A DNA stretch of 62,000 bases from Octopus vulgaris. Its lineage: Eukaryota. Location: the NCBI GenBank assembly GCA_951406725.2, contig OX597821.1:102258001-102320000 (forward strand), read 5' to 3'. Shown piece by piece: positions 11,695 to 26,350 of this stretch (its first letter is position 1; the number at the start of each line of letters is the position of its first letter). The notes beneath the pieces were generated by a model, which was not told the origin of the DNA, ran no database searches, and was given only the letters and a program-made list of their open reading frames with translations. Both the position numbers and the translations under genes were made by a program.

Positions 11695-12230
11695 TTACTA
11701 CTACTACTATTACTACTACTAGTAGTAGTGTCACCACTGCCACCGAAACTGCTGCAACTGCCGCCACCACCACTACCACCACCACCACTGCCACCGCCGC
11801 CGCCGCCACCACCACCACCACCACTACCACTACCACTACCACCACCACCACTGGTATTGCTCTTCTCTTTCCTTTTAATTCATTCATTATTTACTTATTT
11901 ATATATTTATTTATTAAATGTTTATTGGGCATTTTTATTTCTGTTCCCAAGTCATAAATTTTTTTTAAAGAAATGAGAAGTAGACATAAAGAAATAAATC
12001 CCAAAACCCCGGTGTCAAGAAACACAGAATCTAGTGCCTGTAAAGTACCATCTCAGTGTCAAAGCTGAAAGAACAACAACAACAACGACGACAACAACAG
12101 TAATAGTAATAGTAGTAGTAATAATAATAATAATAACAATAATAACAATAATAACAATAATAATAACAACAACAACAAAAACAACAAAAACAATAATAAT
12201 AATAACAACAACAACAATGATAATAATAAA
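11695..12230. repeat. Trinucleotide microsatellites (ACT/ACC)n and (AAT/AAC)n
   Basis: Seen directly at 11695-11855 and 12070-12230. Confidence 0.9.
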
Positions 12231-12579
12231 CATTGGCCAAATTATTCTTCAAGATACAACATGCCTTTTCCTTGAAGCCAATGATCCCAACCCATACATG
12301 CCTATATGCAAACACACCCACACACACACACACACACACACAGAAACGCACTCACACGCACACATACATATTACTGAATAAGAAATGCTTTATGTCACTC
12401 AACACTTCCCCCGTCACCAAAGCCACATTTTCTTAACCATTTACTTACAGCAAAGAGTTCTTTTTTAATCGACATACTTAATGCCAGCAGGTAAGTCTCT
12501 GTTTAGCGTTATTCTTTTGCGTCTTAAGTCCTCAGCGCTTTCTTCATTCTCACCACTCCACTTATTATATCTCTGTGTC

Positions 12580-13326
<747 letters not shown>

Positions 13327-13329
<3 letters not shown>

Positions 13330-13575
13330 TTTGACCGACCAGTCCATCAGGCGTCCATTTGACACCGCTGGTCACAGCACGCTGTCCACTCCTCTCTGGA
13401 TCGCGCCTTTCTCATCCACGTGATCCCAATCATCCTCCTGAAATCATAACTCCACCGTCATGGAGGCCTTTCGGGTAGTCATTTCCACTCGTGCGGGTAC
13501 CACTCGACAACTGCACGGGTCCACCGATTATTGGTGAGCCGGGCGACGTGTCCAGCCCATCTAAACTTGCTGCGT
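13327..13575 (-). mobile_element. RTE-clade LINE 3' end
   Basis: SKFRWAGHVARLTNNRWTRAVVEWYP..RPP.RW, followed by a (TA)n tail. Confidence 0.85.
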
Positions 13576-14509
13576 GTATATATATATGGCATAGTTCATC
13601 AATGACTTTTCTCCACTGCCGTCAACTCCGGGCTGTCTTTTTTGCTTCTCTCGAGTTGGATTCCTGCTTTTTCACCCCTGCCTCAGTATCCTGCCTCCAG
13701 TTATTTTTTGGCACCCTCTATTCTGCCTCCCTTGGGCGTTCATGTTTCCTTGTGGGGAGCCCTTCCTCTCACATGCCTTGAATTTTCATAGTTTTGAATT
13801 GTCATTGATGTTTCTGTAACTTTGCAATTTTCAAGGTGGTAGTTTTTGTCCAACACAAACTCGTTTTAAACGTCTGGGAAGAGTAGGTCCTGATTAGTCT
13901 GCCCTCTACCTTTTGACCTGCCAAACATGTGAGACTGACATAGTTCTTGTAGTCATCGAGGCACACAAGCCACCATGCTGCAATGATTCCTGATGGTTAA
14001 AACTTCTTAGGGTCACACACAGTAGATATTTCATTGCAGCAATCAAATTACCACACATTGTGACAATGAAGCACAGCAATTTCCATAGTTTCAGACAAGT
14101 GGAAGGTGTAGTAGCGATGGGTGTAGATGTAATTCTTCAGTCTTCTGTATGGTTACCTTCTCTGTCAAAGAACCGCATGGTGAAAATCATAGTCTCCATT
14201 GACCATTAATGGATGGACTCAACACCTTCTCCTTCTGCTTTTTTAAAAAATTTCATTCTCTCTTTTTTTAACTAATTTATTTGTTATTTTATTTTAAATT
14301 TTTTATTCGTATTTAGAACATCTATTTTGGCAACTGCTTGGCTATTATCAAATTTGCCAAAAAACTATGCATGTGTGTGTGAGTGTAGGTATGTACGTAG
14401 GTATGAATGAATGTATCTAGGTAGGTAAGTCTATGTGTAGATATGTATGAATGTATGTATGTATATACATACATATATACATATATGATATATATATATA
14501 TGATATATG

Positions 14510-14571
<62 letters not shown>

Positions 14572-14947
14572 TATATATGTGTAAGGCAGTTTTTCCCCAA
14601 GTAGGAGTGTTCAGATTAAATATGTACAAAAAGTAATGTAAAGTTTACTGTGCAAGAATTTATAACCTGTCAATAAATAAAGAGTCCTTCACAGAGATTT
14701 CGGAAATAGCTCCACTACTTAAGAGATTTAAGATAAGAAAACATAAAAATTCTTTTTCAATCAGGAGATTATCTCTACAAACAATATCCGTAGTTTCTAT
14801 TCATTTGACCAAATATTTTGTTGGTTTAGAATTATAAACAAAAACACTCTACATGTAAGAGATTATAAGTAAATGTTCTCTCTTGAATGGCAATACATAT
14901 TTGTATGTGTATACATATCTATGTATATATATATATGTATATATACA

Positions 14948-15026
<79 letters not shown>

Positions 15027-15039
15027 ACGTGTGTACACA

Positions 15040-16475
15040 TATGTGCAGGACTGGCTCCTGTGCAGGTGGCATGTAAAAAACAGCATTTGAGTGTGGCCAT
15101 TGCCAGTACTGCCTGACTGGCCCTTGTACCAGTTGCACGTAAAAGTACCCACTACGCTGTTGGAGTGGTTGGTATTAGGAAGGGCAACCAGCTGTAGGAA
15201 CTTTGCCAGATCAGATTGGAGCCTGGTGTAGCCATCTGGTTTGTCAGTCCTCAGTCAAATCGTCCAACCCATGCTGGCATGGAAAGCGGACATTAAACGT
15301 TGATGATGATGATAATATGTACATACATACATACATATACACACACACACACACACACACATACACACATATATATATCATCATCATCATCATCATCATC
15401 GTTTAACGTCCGTTCTCCATGCTAGCATGGGTTGGACTGTTCGACCGGGGACCTGGGAAACCAGAAGGCTGCACCAAGCTCCAGTCTTATCTGGCAATGT
15501 TTCTACAGCTGGATGCCCTTCCTAACGCCAACCACTCATTGAGTGTAGTGGGTGCTTTTTACGTGCCACCTGCACAGGTGCCAGGCGAGGCTGGCAACGG
15601 CTACAGTCGGATTGGTGCATTTTACGTGCCACTGGCACGGAAGCCAGTCAAGGCGGCACAGGCATCGGCCACGATTCGGATGGTGCTTTTTACATGCCAC
15701 CGGCACGGAAGCCAGTCAAGGCGGCGCTGGCATCGGCCACGATTTGGATAGTGATTTTTATGTACCACCAGTCCAGGGGTCCTGGCATCTGCCGGGTGCT
15801 TGTCGTCAGATGAGGTTCGATATCGACTTCGCTTGCCTCAACAGGTCTTTGTGTGTCCAAGGGAGGAAAGGCATGCATATCAATTTCACAAATTAGACAG
15901 AAGCATGACGTGGCCGATGACAGTACCGCCTGATTGGCACGAGTGCCAGTGGAATGTTAAAAGCACATCCGAACGTGGGGTATAAGCAGCCCACTTATGA
16001 GTACTCCTCATTCATTGGACAATGAATTTTGCTTATGAAGACCTATTGAGGCAAGTGAAAACAAATTAAAATTGCTGACATGGCCGATAATTGGTACTCA
16101 TGCCAGTGGAATGTTAAAAGCACATCCGAGCATGATCATTGCCAGGGCCATGGATTTGCTCCCATGCCAGTGACACATGAAAAGTACCATTCGAGCATGA
16201 CCATTGCCAGCATCGCTTTACTGGCACATGTGCTAGTGGCACGTAAAAACACCTTTTGAGTGTGGTCGTTGCTAGAACCACCTGACTGGCCGTTGTGCCG
16301 GTGCCAGATAAAAGCACCCACTACACTCTCAGAGTGATTGGCATTAGGAAGGGCACATCCAGCTGTAGAAACTTTGCCAGATCAGATTGAACCTGGTGTA
16401 GCCTCTGGTTCACCAGTCCTCAGTCAAACAGTCCAACCCATGCCAGTAGGGGAAAGCGGACATAAAATGATGATG
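15040..16475. mobile_element. Cluster of three family C elements (+ 15040-15312, - 15385-15800, + 15885-16475)
   Basis: Conserved gcacccactac..ggaagggcatccagctgtagaa..ccaacccatgctagcatggaa..(gat)n 3' module preceded by variable 60-70 bp hairpin units. Confidence 0.85.
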
Positions 16476-16484
16476 AAGATGATG

Positions 16485-16545
<61 letters not shown>

Positions 16546-16587
16546 GATGGGCTTCTTTCACTTTCTTATTTCTTTACTGTACACAAG

Positions 16588-16795
16588 AGGCTACACACAG
16601 AGGGGACAAACAAGGACAGACAAACGGATTAAGTCAATTATATCGACCCCAGTGCATAACTGGTACTTATTTAATTGACCCCAAAAGGATGAAAGGCAAA
16701 GTCGAGCTCAGCAAAATTTGAACTCAGAATGTAGCGGCAGACAAAATACTGCTAAGCATTTCGCCCGGCGTGCTAACGATTCTGCCAGCTCGCCG
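16588..16795 (-). mobile_element. SINE family B copy
   Basis: gaggggacaaacaaggacagac..atcgaccccagtgca..gaaaggcaaagtcg..tttgaactcagaa..ttctgccagctcgccg. Confidence 0.85.
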
Positions 16796-16984
16796 GCTTC
16801 TTTCAGTTTCTGTTTATCAAATCCTCCCACAAGACTTTAGTCAGCCAGAGGCTATAGTAGAAGACTATTGCTCAAGGTGTCATGCAGTGAGACTGAACCA
16901 GGAACCATGTGGTTGGGAAGCAAGATTCTTACCACATAGCCACGTCTGTGCCTATTTTTACTGCCAAGCTGGTGTTAGAACACC

Positions 16985-17250
<266 letters not shown>

Positions 17251-17254
17251 ACAG

Positions 17255-17560
17255 CCACATATATTTTCATTAGTGGTGACTTCAACTACCCTGAAACTGA
17301 ATGGGAACCTTTTCATTGGTAATAACACTTTGGACCTGCTCTTTACCACCACTCCTAGAACTGTTATCAGTGTTGTGACAAAGGAACCTCTAAGTGACTC
17401 CAATCATGCTATGATCATTGCCATTCTGTCTCTTGTAGGCAGAAACAAGAAGCACCACCACCTTCAAACCACTCGCTTTGACTGGAACTGTCACCGTAAG
17501 GAGTTACGACACCTAAACTGGTTTGAATTTTACAATTCAAACCGGTTATGATCTTATGCA
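17255..17560 (+). mobile_element. CR1/L2-type LINE endonuclease fragment
   Basis: ISGDFNYP and [18 protein letters not shown] (APE endonuclease C-terminal motifs). Confidence 0.75.
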
Positions 17561-17804
17561 CCCAATAAAAGTATTATTGTTAAGCTGGAACTGTTGCTAG
17601 TGTAAAAAGAAATGGAATGGTGAAATTATTTTCTAGTTTTCTGAAAAAGCAATGTTTTGGACTTACGATACTTTTGCATAATAGCAATGATATGTGTGTG
17701 TGTCTGTGTGTGTGTGTGTGTATACATATACATATATGTATGTATGTATGTATGTGTGTATGTATGTAGGTATATGTGTTTGTATATATATGTTTTCTTT
17801 CTGT

Positions 17805-18203
17805 TTCTTTTCTTTTATTTGTTTCAGTCATTTGACTGTAGCCATGCTGGAGCACTGCCTTTAGTTGAGCAAATCGACCCCAGGACTTATTCTTTGTAAG
17901 CCTAGTACTTGTTCTATCGGTCTCTCTTGCTGAACCACTAAGTGATGGGGATGTAAACACACCAGCATCGGTTGTCAAGCGATGTTAGGAGGACAAACAC
18001 AGACACACAAACATATACATACACACACACACACACATATGATGAGCTTCTTTCAGTTTCCGTCCACCAAATCCACTCACAAGGCTTTGGTCAGCCCGAG
18101 GCTATAGTAGAAGACACTTGCCCAAGGTGCCTCGCAATGGGACTGAAGCCAGAACCATGTGGTTGGTAAGCAAGCTACTTACCACACAGCCATTCCTGCA
18201 CCT
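17805..18203 (-). mobile_element. SINE family A, near full length
   Basis: Colinear with 6945-7336. Confidence 0.88.
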
Positions 18204-18269
18204 ATGATCTTTTCTCCACCTCATCTAAATGTATATATACATATATTATCTATCTACCTACCTATTTAT

Positions 18270-18650
18270 CTTTAAAATTATCAACCATCGTACCAACAAT
18301 AACTCTGAGCACCTTTTTAAACTCCACCCATCTAACACCCGTGGACATATTTACAAAGTCAGGAAACAGCACAGCTCCCATGACTTCAGGAAACATTTTT
18401 TCACGCTGAGAGTTGCTGAAGCATGGAACAAACTGCCGGTATTAGTTGTTAGTTGTCGGAGCACTGCATCCTTCAAAATTTCCATGCTTTCTGAGATTCG
18501 CCAACATACACTTGATTTTCTCCCCTCCATACACACGCATGCATGTATCTGACTCATGCATTGTTCGCTTTCCAGACATTTGTACGTTACTGCATATATT
18601 CTGACCAGTTGTGGTGCACCTGAGCACTGTATACAATAATTTCATTATTT
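18270..18650 (+). mobile_element. CR1/L2 LINE 3' end
   Basis: LFKLHPSNTRGHIYKVRK..DFRKHFFTLRVAEAWNKLP..S..SFK, then a 3' UTR and an (attt) tail. Confidence 0.88.
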
Positions 18651-18668
18651 ATTATTTATATTTAGCTA

Positions 18669-18699
<31 letters not shown>

Positions 18700-18712
18700 T
18701 TCTATCTATCTG

Positions 18713-18759
<47 letters not shown>

Positions 18760-19135
18760 GTCTATCTGTCTGTCTGTCTGTCTATTTGTATGTATGTATG
18801 TATGTATGTATGTATGTATGTATGTATGTATGTATGCATGCATGTATGTATATCTTCAGTAAATCATAAATCCGAAAGAGAAGCACACTCTAAATTAACG
18901 AGTAGTAGAGCATTTAGATAAACATAGTTATGGCCAGTCTATGAGGTTACCAAGGGTTTTGCATCCATAAACACTCAGCTTTACAGCATCTTGCCAGACC
19001 TTAATGGTGAGTGGCCTATAACCTAGGCCACCGCCCATCAGTGTCTGACGAGACGCTGCAAATCTAAGTACTTTATGGACACGAAACCCATAGGCCAGCC
19101 ATAACTATCTTTATCTAAATATGTATATAGTATAT

Positions 19136-19193
<58 letters not shown>

Positions 19194-19489
19194 ATGTATA
19201 TATATATATGTATGTATGTATATATACAACTACCAAAGTGCTGTTTTCAAGGTAGCTTATTAACACTAGCATATGTGTGTGTGTGTGTGAAGAAGTGAGT
19301 GTATAAGTGTGTAAATGTGCGTGTTAGTATATATCGAGTCAGAGAGTCAGATAATGGAAGCTAAGTGCGGTTGCTAGAAAGCTGGTTTACTTAAGGATTG
19401 TACAAATAAACGTTGACTGATAAATTGTCTCCTATCTCTTTATTTAAGATAACTGTAACAGTAAAAATGATGTAAGTCATGTCTCAGCA

Positions 19490-20340
<851 letters not shown>

Positions 20341-20423
20341 AATGATGTGTTGGTAATGGGATGAGTTTGATAACAGTATAAGAAGCAAGGGATGATATTG
20401 GGAAAGCTAAAAAAAACCCCGAA

Positions 20424-20535
20424 TCATTTGATAAATATAGTAGGAACCTGGACAAGTTTTCTTTTGTGATATTCTTGATGAAGAACATCATCACTTAGAA
20501 AATGACATTCAGTAACACATCTTCTACTAAAATCT
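20424..20535 (-). other. Candidate terminal exon of an unannotated minus-strand unit (DFSRRCVTECHFLSDDVLHQEYHKRKLVQVPTIFIK*)
   Basis: Acceptor cacttttag. Frame-compatible with candidate exon 21725-21827. No homology recognised. Confidence 0.25.
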
Positions 20536-20844
20536 CTAAAAGTGCTAGATATAAAATGGCTTAAAAGGGTTTGTCTTCAAACTACAAAGCAGACTTATGA
20601 ATGATATTAGAAAAGTATTCATCAGTGATAATAACTGTGTGAAAGAGATTTTCAAACATGAAATATTCACCAATATAGATTCTTTCTCCCTCTCTCTTTC
20701 CTAAATCAAGGAGGACTGTAGAAGGCTTTGGTATAAATGAAGTGAAGGTCATGAAATGAAACCACAAAAGAAAAGATCTGGGCAGGAAGACTGATCCCAA
20801 ACTGAGAGGGAACTCCAAAAATAAAATTGGTTTCAAATTTTGGC

Positions 20845-21570
20845 ACAGGGTCTGTATTTTCAGGGGAGAGAGTGAGTCAATTACATTGACCCCAGTGCTC
20901 GACTGGTACTCATTTTATCGACCCTGAAAGGAGGAAAGGCTAAGTCAACCTCAGTGGAATTTGAACTCAGAATGTAAAGCCTGATGAAATGTCACTAAGT
21001 GTTTTGCCCAGCTTGCTAATGATTCTGCCAGCTTGACTCCAAAAATAATATAGGTTTCAAATTTTGGCACAAGGCCAGCAATTTTGGCTGAGAGGAAAAG
21101 TCGATCACATCGACCCCCATGTTCAACTGGCACTTATTTTATCGACCATGAAACAAGGAAAATCAAAGCTGACCTTGATGGGATTTGAACTCAGCTTGTG
21201 AAAAGTCGGGACAAATATTAGAGAGACAAGGCCTGAAATTTGAGGGAGGTGGTCAGTCAATTACATCCATCCCAGTGTTCAACTGGCACTTTATTTTATC
21301 TACCACAAAACAATGAAAATCAAAGTTGACCTTGACGGGACTTGAACTCAGATTGTGAAGGACCGGGACAACAAGGTCTGAAATTTGAGGGAGGTGGTCA
21401 GTCAATTACATCCACCCAAGTGTTCAACTCACACTTATTTTATTAACCCTGAAAGGATGAAAGATAAAGTTGGCCTCGGTGGAATTTGAACTCAGAATGT
21501 AAAGACAGATGAAATACTGCTAAGCATTTTGCCCTGCATGCTAACGAATCTGCCAGCTCACCGCCTTAAC
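20845..21570 (-). mobile_element. Four tandem partial SINE family B copies
   Basis: The tttgaactcag and (a/g)gttgacct..gg modules recur about every 180 bp. Confidence 0.8.
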
Positions 21571-21724
21571 TCCAAAATTTATATCGTGACCAATAACTAC
21601 TTAGCAATTCCTGTTGTTCACAGCAGTTTTAGCAACACTTGTTATTCACTAAAACTTGGCAATGTCTGTTATTCATTACAACTTGGTAATACCTGCTGCT
21701 TTGATATGATAAACTGGTCCTTAC

Positions 21725-21827
21725 AAGTCTTGTGCTGTAAACTGATCCTTAAAACATTTGTCCATAAATTTCTCCCCTGTCTCAGAATATGCCATCCTAG
21801 AGCTGACATTAATTGAATATTTTTGCC
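21725..21827 (-). other. Candidate internal exon (GQKYSINVSSRMAYSETGEKFMDKCFKDQFTAQDL)
   Basis: Strong acceptor catcttagtttcag and donor GTAAGG, 103 nt, open in two frames. Confidence 0.3.
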
Positions 21828-22393
21828 CTGAAACTAAGATGGGTAGATGTCTATTACAGGAAGTCATTGCATAAAAAAGTAAGCAAAAAGAAAATGAAAA
21901 TAAATAATTCATGCATGTGACTATGACAAGACTGCTGGAATTTAAGAGAATATAGGAAATGAGAGAGGATTTTACATTGTGATAAAGGATTGGGGGAATT
22001 ATAAGAAAAACTTTGATATGAAGAACTAGGATTTTTAAACACATTAAATACAGTAAACAAGGTAATAGAAATACACAAAACCAGAAGGACCAGAAGGACT
22101 TGAGGATTCATTGAGAGGAAAAGCATTTGAATAAAAGTTCTTCAAGGCAGTGCACGACTGTGGCCACAGTCTAATGGCCTGAAACAAATAAGAGATTAAA
22201 GATATATATATATATATATCATCATCATCATCATCATTTAACGTTCGCTTTCTATGGTAGCATGGGTTGGACGATTTCACTGAGGACTGGTGAACCAGAT
22301 AGCTGCCCAAGGCTCCAATCTTGATCTGGCAGAGTTTCTACAGCTAGATGCCCTTCCTAATGCCAACCACTCTGAGAGTGCAGTGGGTGCTTT

Positions 22394-22426
<33 letters not shown>

Positions 22427-22522
22427 TATACCTTACAACTTCACTTTGTTATATATATATATATATATATATATAAACTTACTTGGAAATGGATGCGTAG
22501 CATTCAATTAAATAATAACATA

Positions 22523-22561
<39 letters not shown>

Positions 22562-22989
22562 TATATACATAGATATATATATTATTTATACATATGTATA
22601 TATATATATATATAGTAAAGATCATTTGCCAAGTCCTGATTAGGATGAATGTTATTGTTATTTAACCCCAGGAAACATTGTCGCCAGCTGGCTACCGACA
22701 CACAATCTGCGTCCTTATATTTTCGAAGAAAGGAGCTTAGAGTTCCTGCTCCGCTCAGAATTCAAATTTACAGAAAACAAAAGATAAAGACAGGTAAATG
22801 AACAACAAGCAGGTGTATTATATATTATATATATATATAAAATGATAAAAGGAAAATGGAGAGTTCAAACTGACATATGTTAATTCATTAACATAATATT
22901 AATAATCCTTAGCAAATGTGGGGATAAGCAAGTAAGACACATCAATATATAAACTATATTAAATACATCAAATACAATATATATATGGC

Positions 22990-23372
22990 TCCTGTGCTGG
23001 TGGCACATAAAAAGCACCATCCGAACGTGGCCGATGCCAGCGCCACCCCAACTGGCTTCTGTGCCGGTGGCACATAAAAAGCACCATCCAAACGTGGCCG
23101 TTGCCAGCGCCGCCTTAGCTGGCTTCCGTGCCGGTGGCACGTTAAAAGCTCCAACCGATCGTGGCTGATGCTGGACACCCCTGGCACCTGTGCAGGTGGC
23201 ACGTAAAAAGCACCCACTACACTTGCGGAGTGGTTGGCGTTAGGAAGGGCATCCAGCTGTAGAAACTCTGCCAGATCAGACTGGAGCCTGGTGCAGCCCC
23301 TGGCTTCCCAGACCCCAGTCGAACCGTCCAACCCGTGCTAGCGCGGAAAACGGACGTTAAACGATGATGATG
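22990..23372 (+). mobile_element. Family C element, well preserved, with 4 internal hairpin units
   Basis: ggtggcac(g/a)taaaaagcacc recurs four times before the conserved 3' module and (GAT)n tail. Confidence 0.88.
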
Positions 23373-23492
23373 TTGATGATATGTATGTATACATATAAAA
23401 CGGACCAGCTTACACATGTGAAAATGATAGAAAATTAAAGAGAAAATTTATATATGGAGAATATCTGAATCTCATGTCTGAACTATATGTGC

Positions 23493-23562
<70 letters not shown>

Positions 23563-23577
23563 TATATATATATATAT

Positions 23578-23945
23578 AGGCGTAGGAGTGGCTGTGTGGT
23601 AAGTAGCTTGTTTACCAACCACATGGTTCTGGGCAAGTGTTTTCTACTATAGCCTCGGGCAGACCAAAGCCTTGTGAGTGGATTTGGTAGACGGAAACTG
23701 AAAGAAGCCTGTCGTATATATGTATATATATATGTGTGTGTGTCTGTGTTTGTCCTCCCAACATCGCTTGACAACCGATGCTGGTATGTTCATGTCCCCG
23801 TAACTTAGCGGTTCAGCAAAAGAGACCAATAGAATAAGTACTAGGCTTACAAAGAATAAGTCCTGGGGTCGATTTGCTCGACTAAAGGCGGTGATCCAGG
23901 ATGGCCGCAGTCAAATAACTGAAACAAGTAAAAGAGTAAAGCATA
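23578..23945 (+). mobile_element. SINE family A copy with an internal B-box deletion
   Basis: The head joins catggttc directly to tgggcaagtg. Body and tail are intact. Confidence 0.85.
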
Positions 23946-23950
23946 AAGAG

Positions 23951-23999
<49 letters not shown>

Positions 24000-24357
24000 A
24001 CAAGTTTTCTTTTAACAACTTCAGTAGATTGCGACAATAGTCAATTTATTTTGTGCTGACATTAAAAAATTTACTTTTTAAACTATTATCCACAATTATT
24101 TCAGAATTTACAAAAGACTTCTCTGGTTTGCTGTTTAATAATGACAAATACCTTTGATCTTTTGAATTTGTCCTGTATGAAGTGACGGCTGTCTGGCAAC
24201 AGATGAATTGCTTTCATTTTCTCTTTATTTGCTTATATTCCATTTTTGGTTATGACAAAAAACAAAAAAGTCTTATTTTTGCCAGTTTGGGCTGTAAGTG
24301 TTGTATGATTTCTTCATTTCAGTGCATCAAGACATGCATGTATATGTATATATGTAA

Positions 24358-24408
<51 letters not shown>

Positions 24409-24496
24409 TACATCTACATGTATTGTACATGTATATATATTCATTTACACATACACTCATTCATATATACACACATACACATACATATATACACAC

Positions 24497-24547
<51 letters not shown>

Positions 24548-24583
24548 CATACACATACATACATACACACACTCACACACACA

Positions 24584-24662
<79 letters not shown>

Positions 24663-24664
24663 TT

Positions 24665-24895
24665 GTATCAGCACAGGTGCCAGGCATTGCCAGCCTTGCC
24701 TGGCACTTGTGTCGGTGGTACGTAAAAAGCACCCACTACACTTACAGCGTGGTTGGCATTAGGAAGGGCATCCAGCTGTAGAAACACTGCCAGATCAGAC
24801 TGGAGCCTGGTGCAGCCTTCTGGCTTCCCAGATCCCCAGTCGAACCGTCCAACCCATGCTAGCATAGAGAACGGATGTTAAACGATGATGATGAT
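24665..24895 (+). mobile_element. Family C element 3' module
   Basis: Same 3' module as 23215-23372. Confidence 0.85.
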
Positions 24896-25745
24896 ATATA
24901 TATATATATATATATGTATGTATATATATACTCCATTTGTTTATCATTTGGCAGTTAAGATTTGCCATTATCCCTGCATTATATGTTGATCTCTAGTTTT
25001 TTGAGGTGAGCTTTCAGGGTTAAAGATTCCCTTTGTATGTCAAAATTTTAATTTTAGAAGGATTTTAAAATTTAGCAATAGCTCCATTTCTACATCAACC
25101 AGATAGTCAAGTGTCCTTAAACATTGCTTATTACAATGTGCTTCCATTCTTCTCTTGATTGAAGTGTTCTGAGTTCAAATCGCACCAATGACAGCTCTTT
25201 CCTTTATCTTTGTAGGAGTCAATAAAATAAAATCAACACAAGGTAGTGGACTGGCAGAAGTATCAGAGCATTGGATTGGATGCCCTCTGGTATTTGTTCC
25301 TCTTCTATGTATCCTGAGTTCAAATCTCACTAAGGTCTTCATGGGTGGTAGAGTTAATCTGTTGCCCAGTTTTATATCACCACCTGCCAACCTTGGGTGC
25401 CTTTAGCAGGGACCATTCTATTGCATTTGGACCAGGCTTCTATTTTGTGGACACCTCCCTCTCAGTAGTATAGCTGAGGGGTGGGGTGTTCAGGTGGGGA
25501 TGGTCTATCCTGGGCAATGCTTTTATGGAGGTGGCGTGTTTCTGCTGCATAAGTCTAACTAAAACTGATGTTTATTCTACTGGACTCTTTTGCTGAGCTG
25601 CTAGGTTACTGGGTGTAAACACACCAACACTGGTTGTCAAGTTATGGTGGAAGACAAGCACACATGTACACACACACACAAACGCATGTCTGCTGAGATG
25701 ATTTGAAAACACAACACCTAATAACTTAATGGTATATATTTTTTA

Positions 25746-25827
25746 CTCTTCTGATGAGATTTTGCCTAATACAATGATTTAATTATTGTAATTTAATCTT
25801 TAGGCTAAATCGAAACAGCTGTAAGAG
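25746..25827 (+). ncRNA. Type I hammerhead ribozyme motif (PLE-type) with extended stem II
   Basis: ctct-t-CTGATGA (25751-57). Stem II gattttgcctaa/ttaggctaaatc pairs 11/12. GAA, palindromic ACAGCTGT (25815-22), A17, then agag. Confidence 0.75.
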
Positions 25828-25910
25828 AATATGTTGGATTTTTTGCACTTAATAAATCATATTTATGCTACATCTCCATTCTTTAAATCTTACTTATATA
25901 TATATATATT

Positions 25911-26035
25911 GGCCTGCTCACTTAGCCAGCGGGGTGGCATCCTTTGAAGGCTAAAACAATGAGAAGCGCATTGTGACCAACGATGTGTAGCAACATCTGA
26001 TAGCCTGGTCGGTCATGGTGATCACGGTGATATAT
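25911..26035 (+). mobile_element. RTE-type 3' tail fragment (second copy at 56690-56815, minus)
   Basis: ggcctgctcacttagccagcggggtggcatc..gcattgtgacca.cgatgtgt..catctgat..ctggtcg.tca..gtgat(at)n. Confidence 0.7.
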
Positions 26036-26229
26036 ATATATATATGATGGGCTTCTTTCAGTTTCTGTTTATCAAATCCACTCACAAGGCTAACTAGGCT
26101 TATACCCACCCACCACCTGGGGGACAAGTGCTGCAAACTCAAGGGCTGTCCCAAGCAACACATACGCACACACACACTCACACACACATACACTAGTTAC
26201 ATCACACCTCCTTCCCACCAATTTTGGAA

Positions 26230-26350
26230 TTCCTGTAAACAGTATCTTCATCCAAATGTTGTGTTTCAATGAATAAAGAAGTCTTTCAACGATCGTAGCC
26301 TATTTTCTCAAACTGTCAAACTTTGGAACTGTCTTCCTCAAGTCTACAGT
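26230..26350 (+). mobile_element. L2/Jockey-like LINE 3' end fragment
   Basis: SF..RSLFSQTVKLWNCLP resembles the RT C-terminal WNxLP motif. Confidence 0.5.

Noticed and set aside
15560-16320. Palindromic repeat with spacer-like intervals resembling a CRISPR array (also 22990, 35660 and 39730)
   Set aside because: The intervals are homologous to each other, the arrays are part of a dispersed eukaryotic retroposon, and no cas genes are present.
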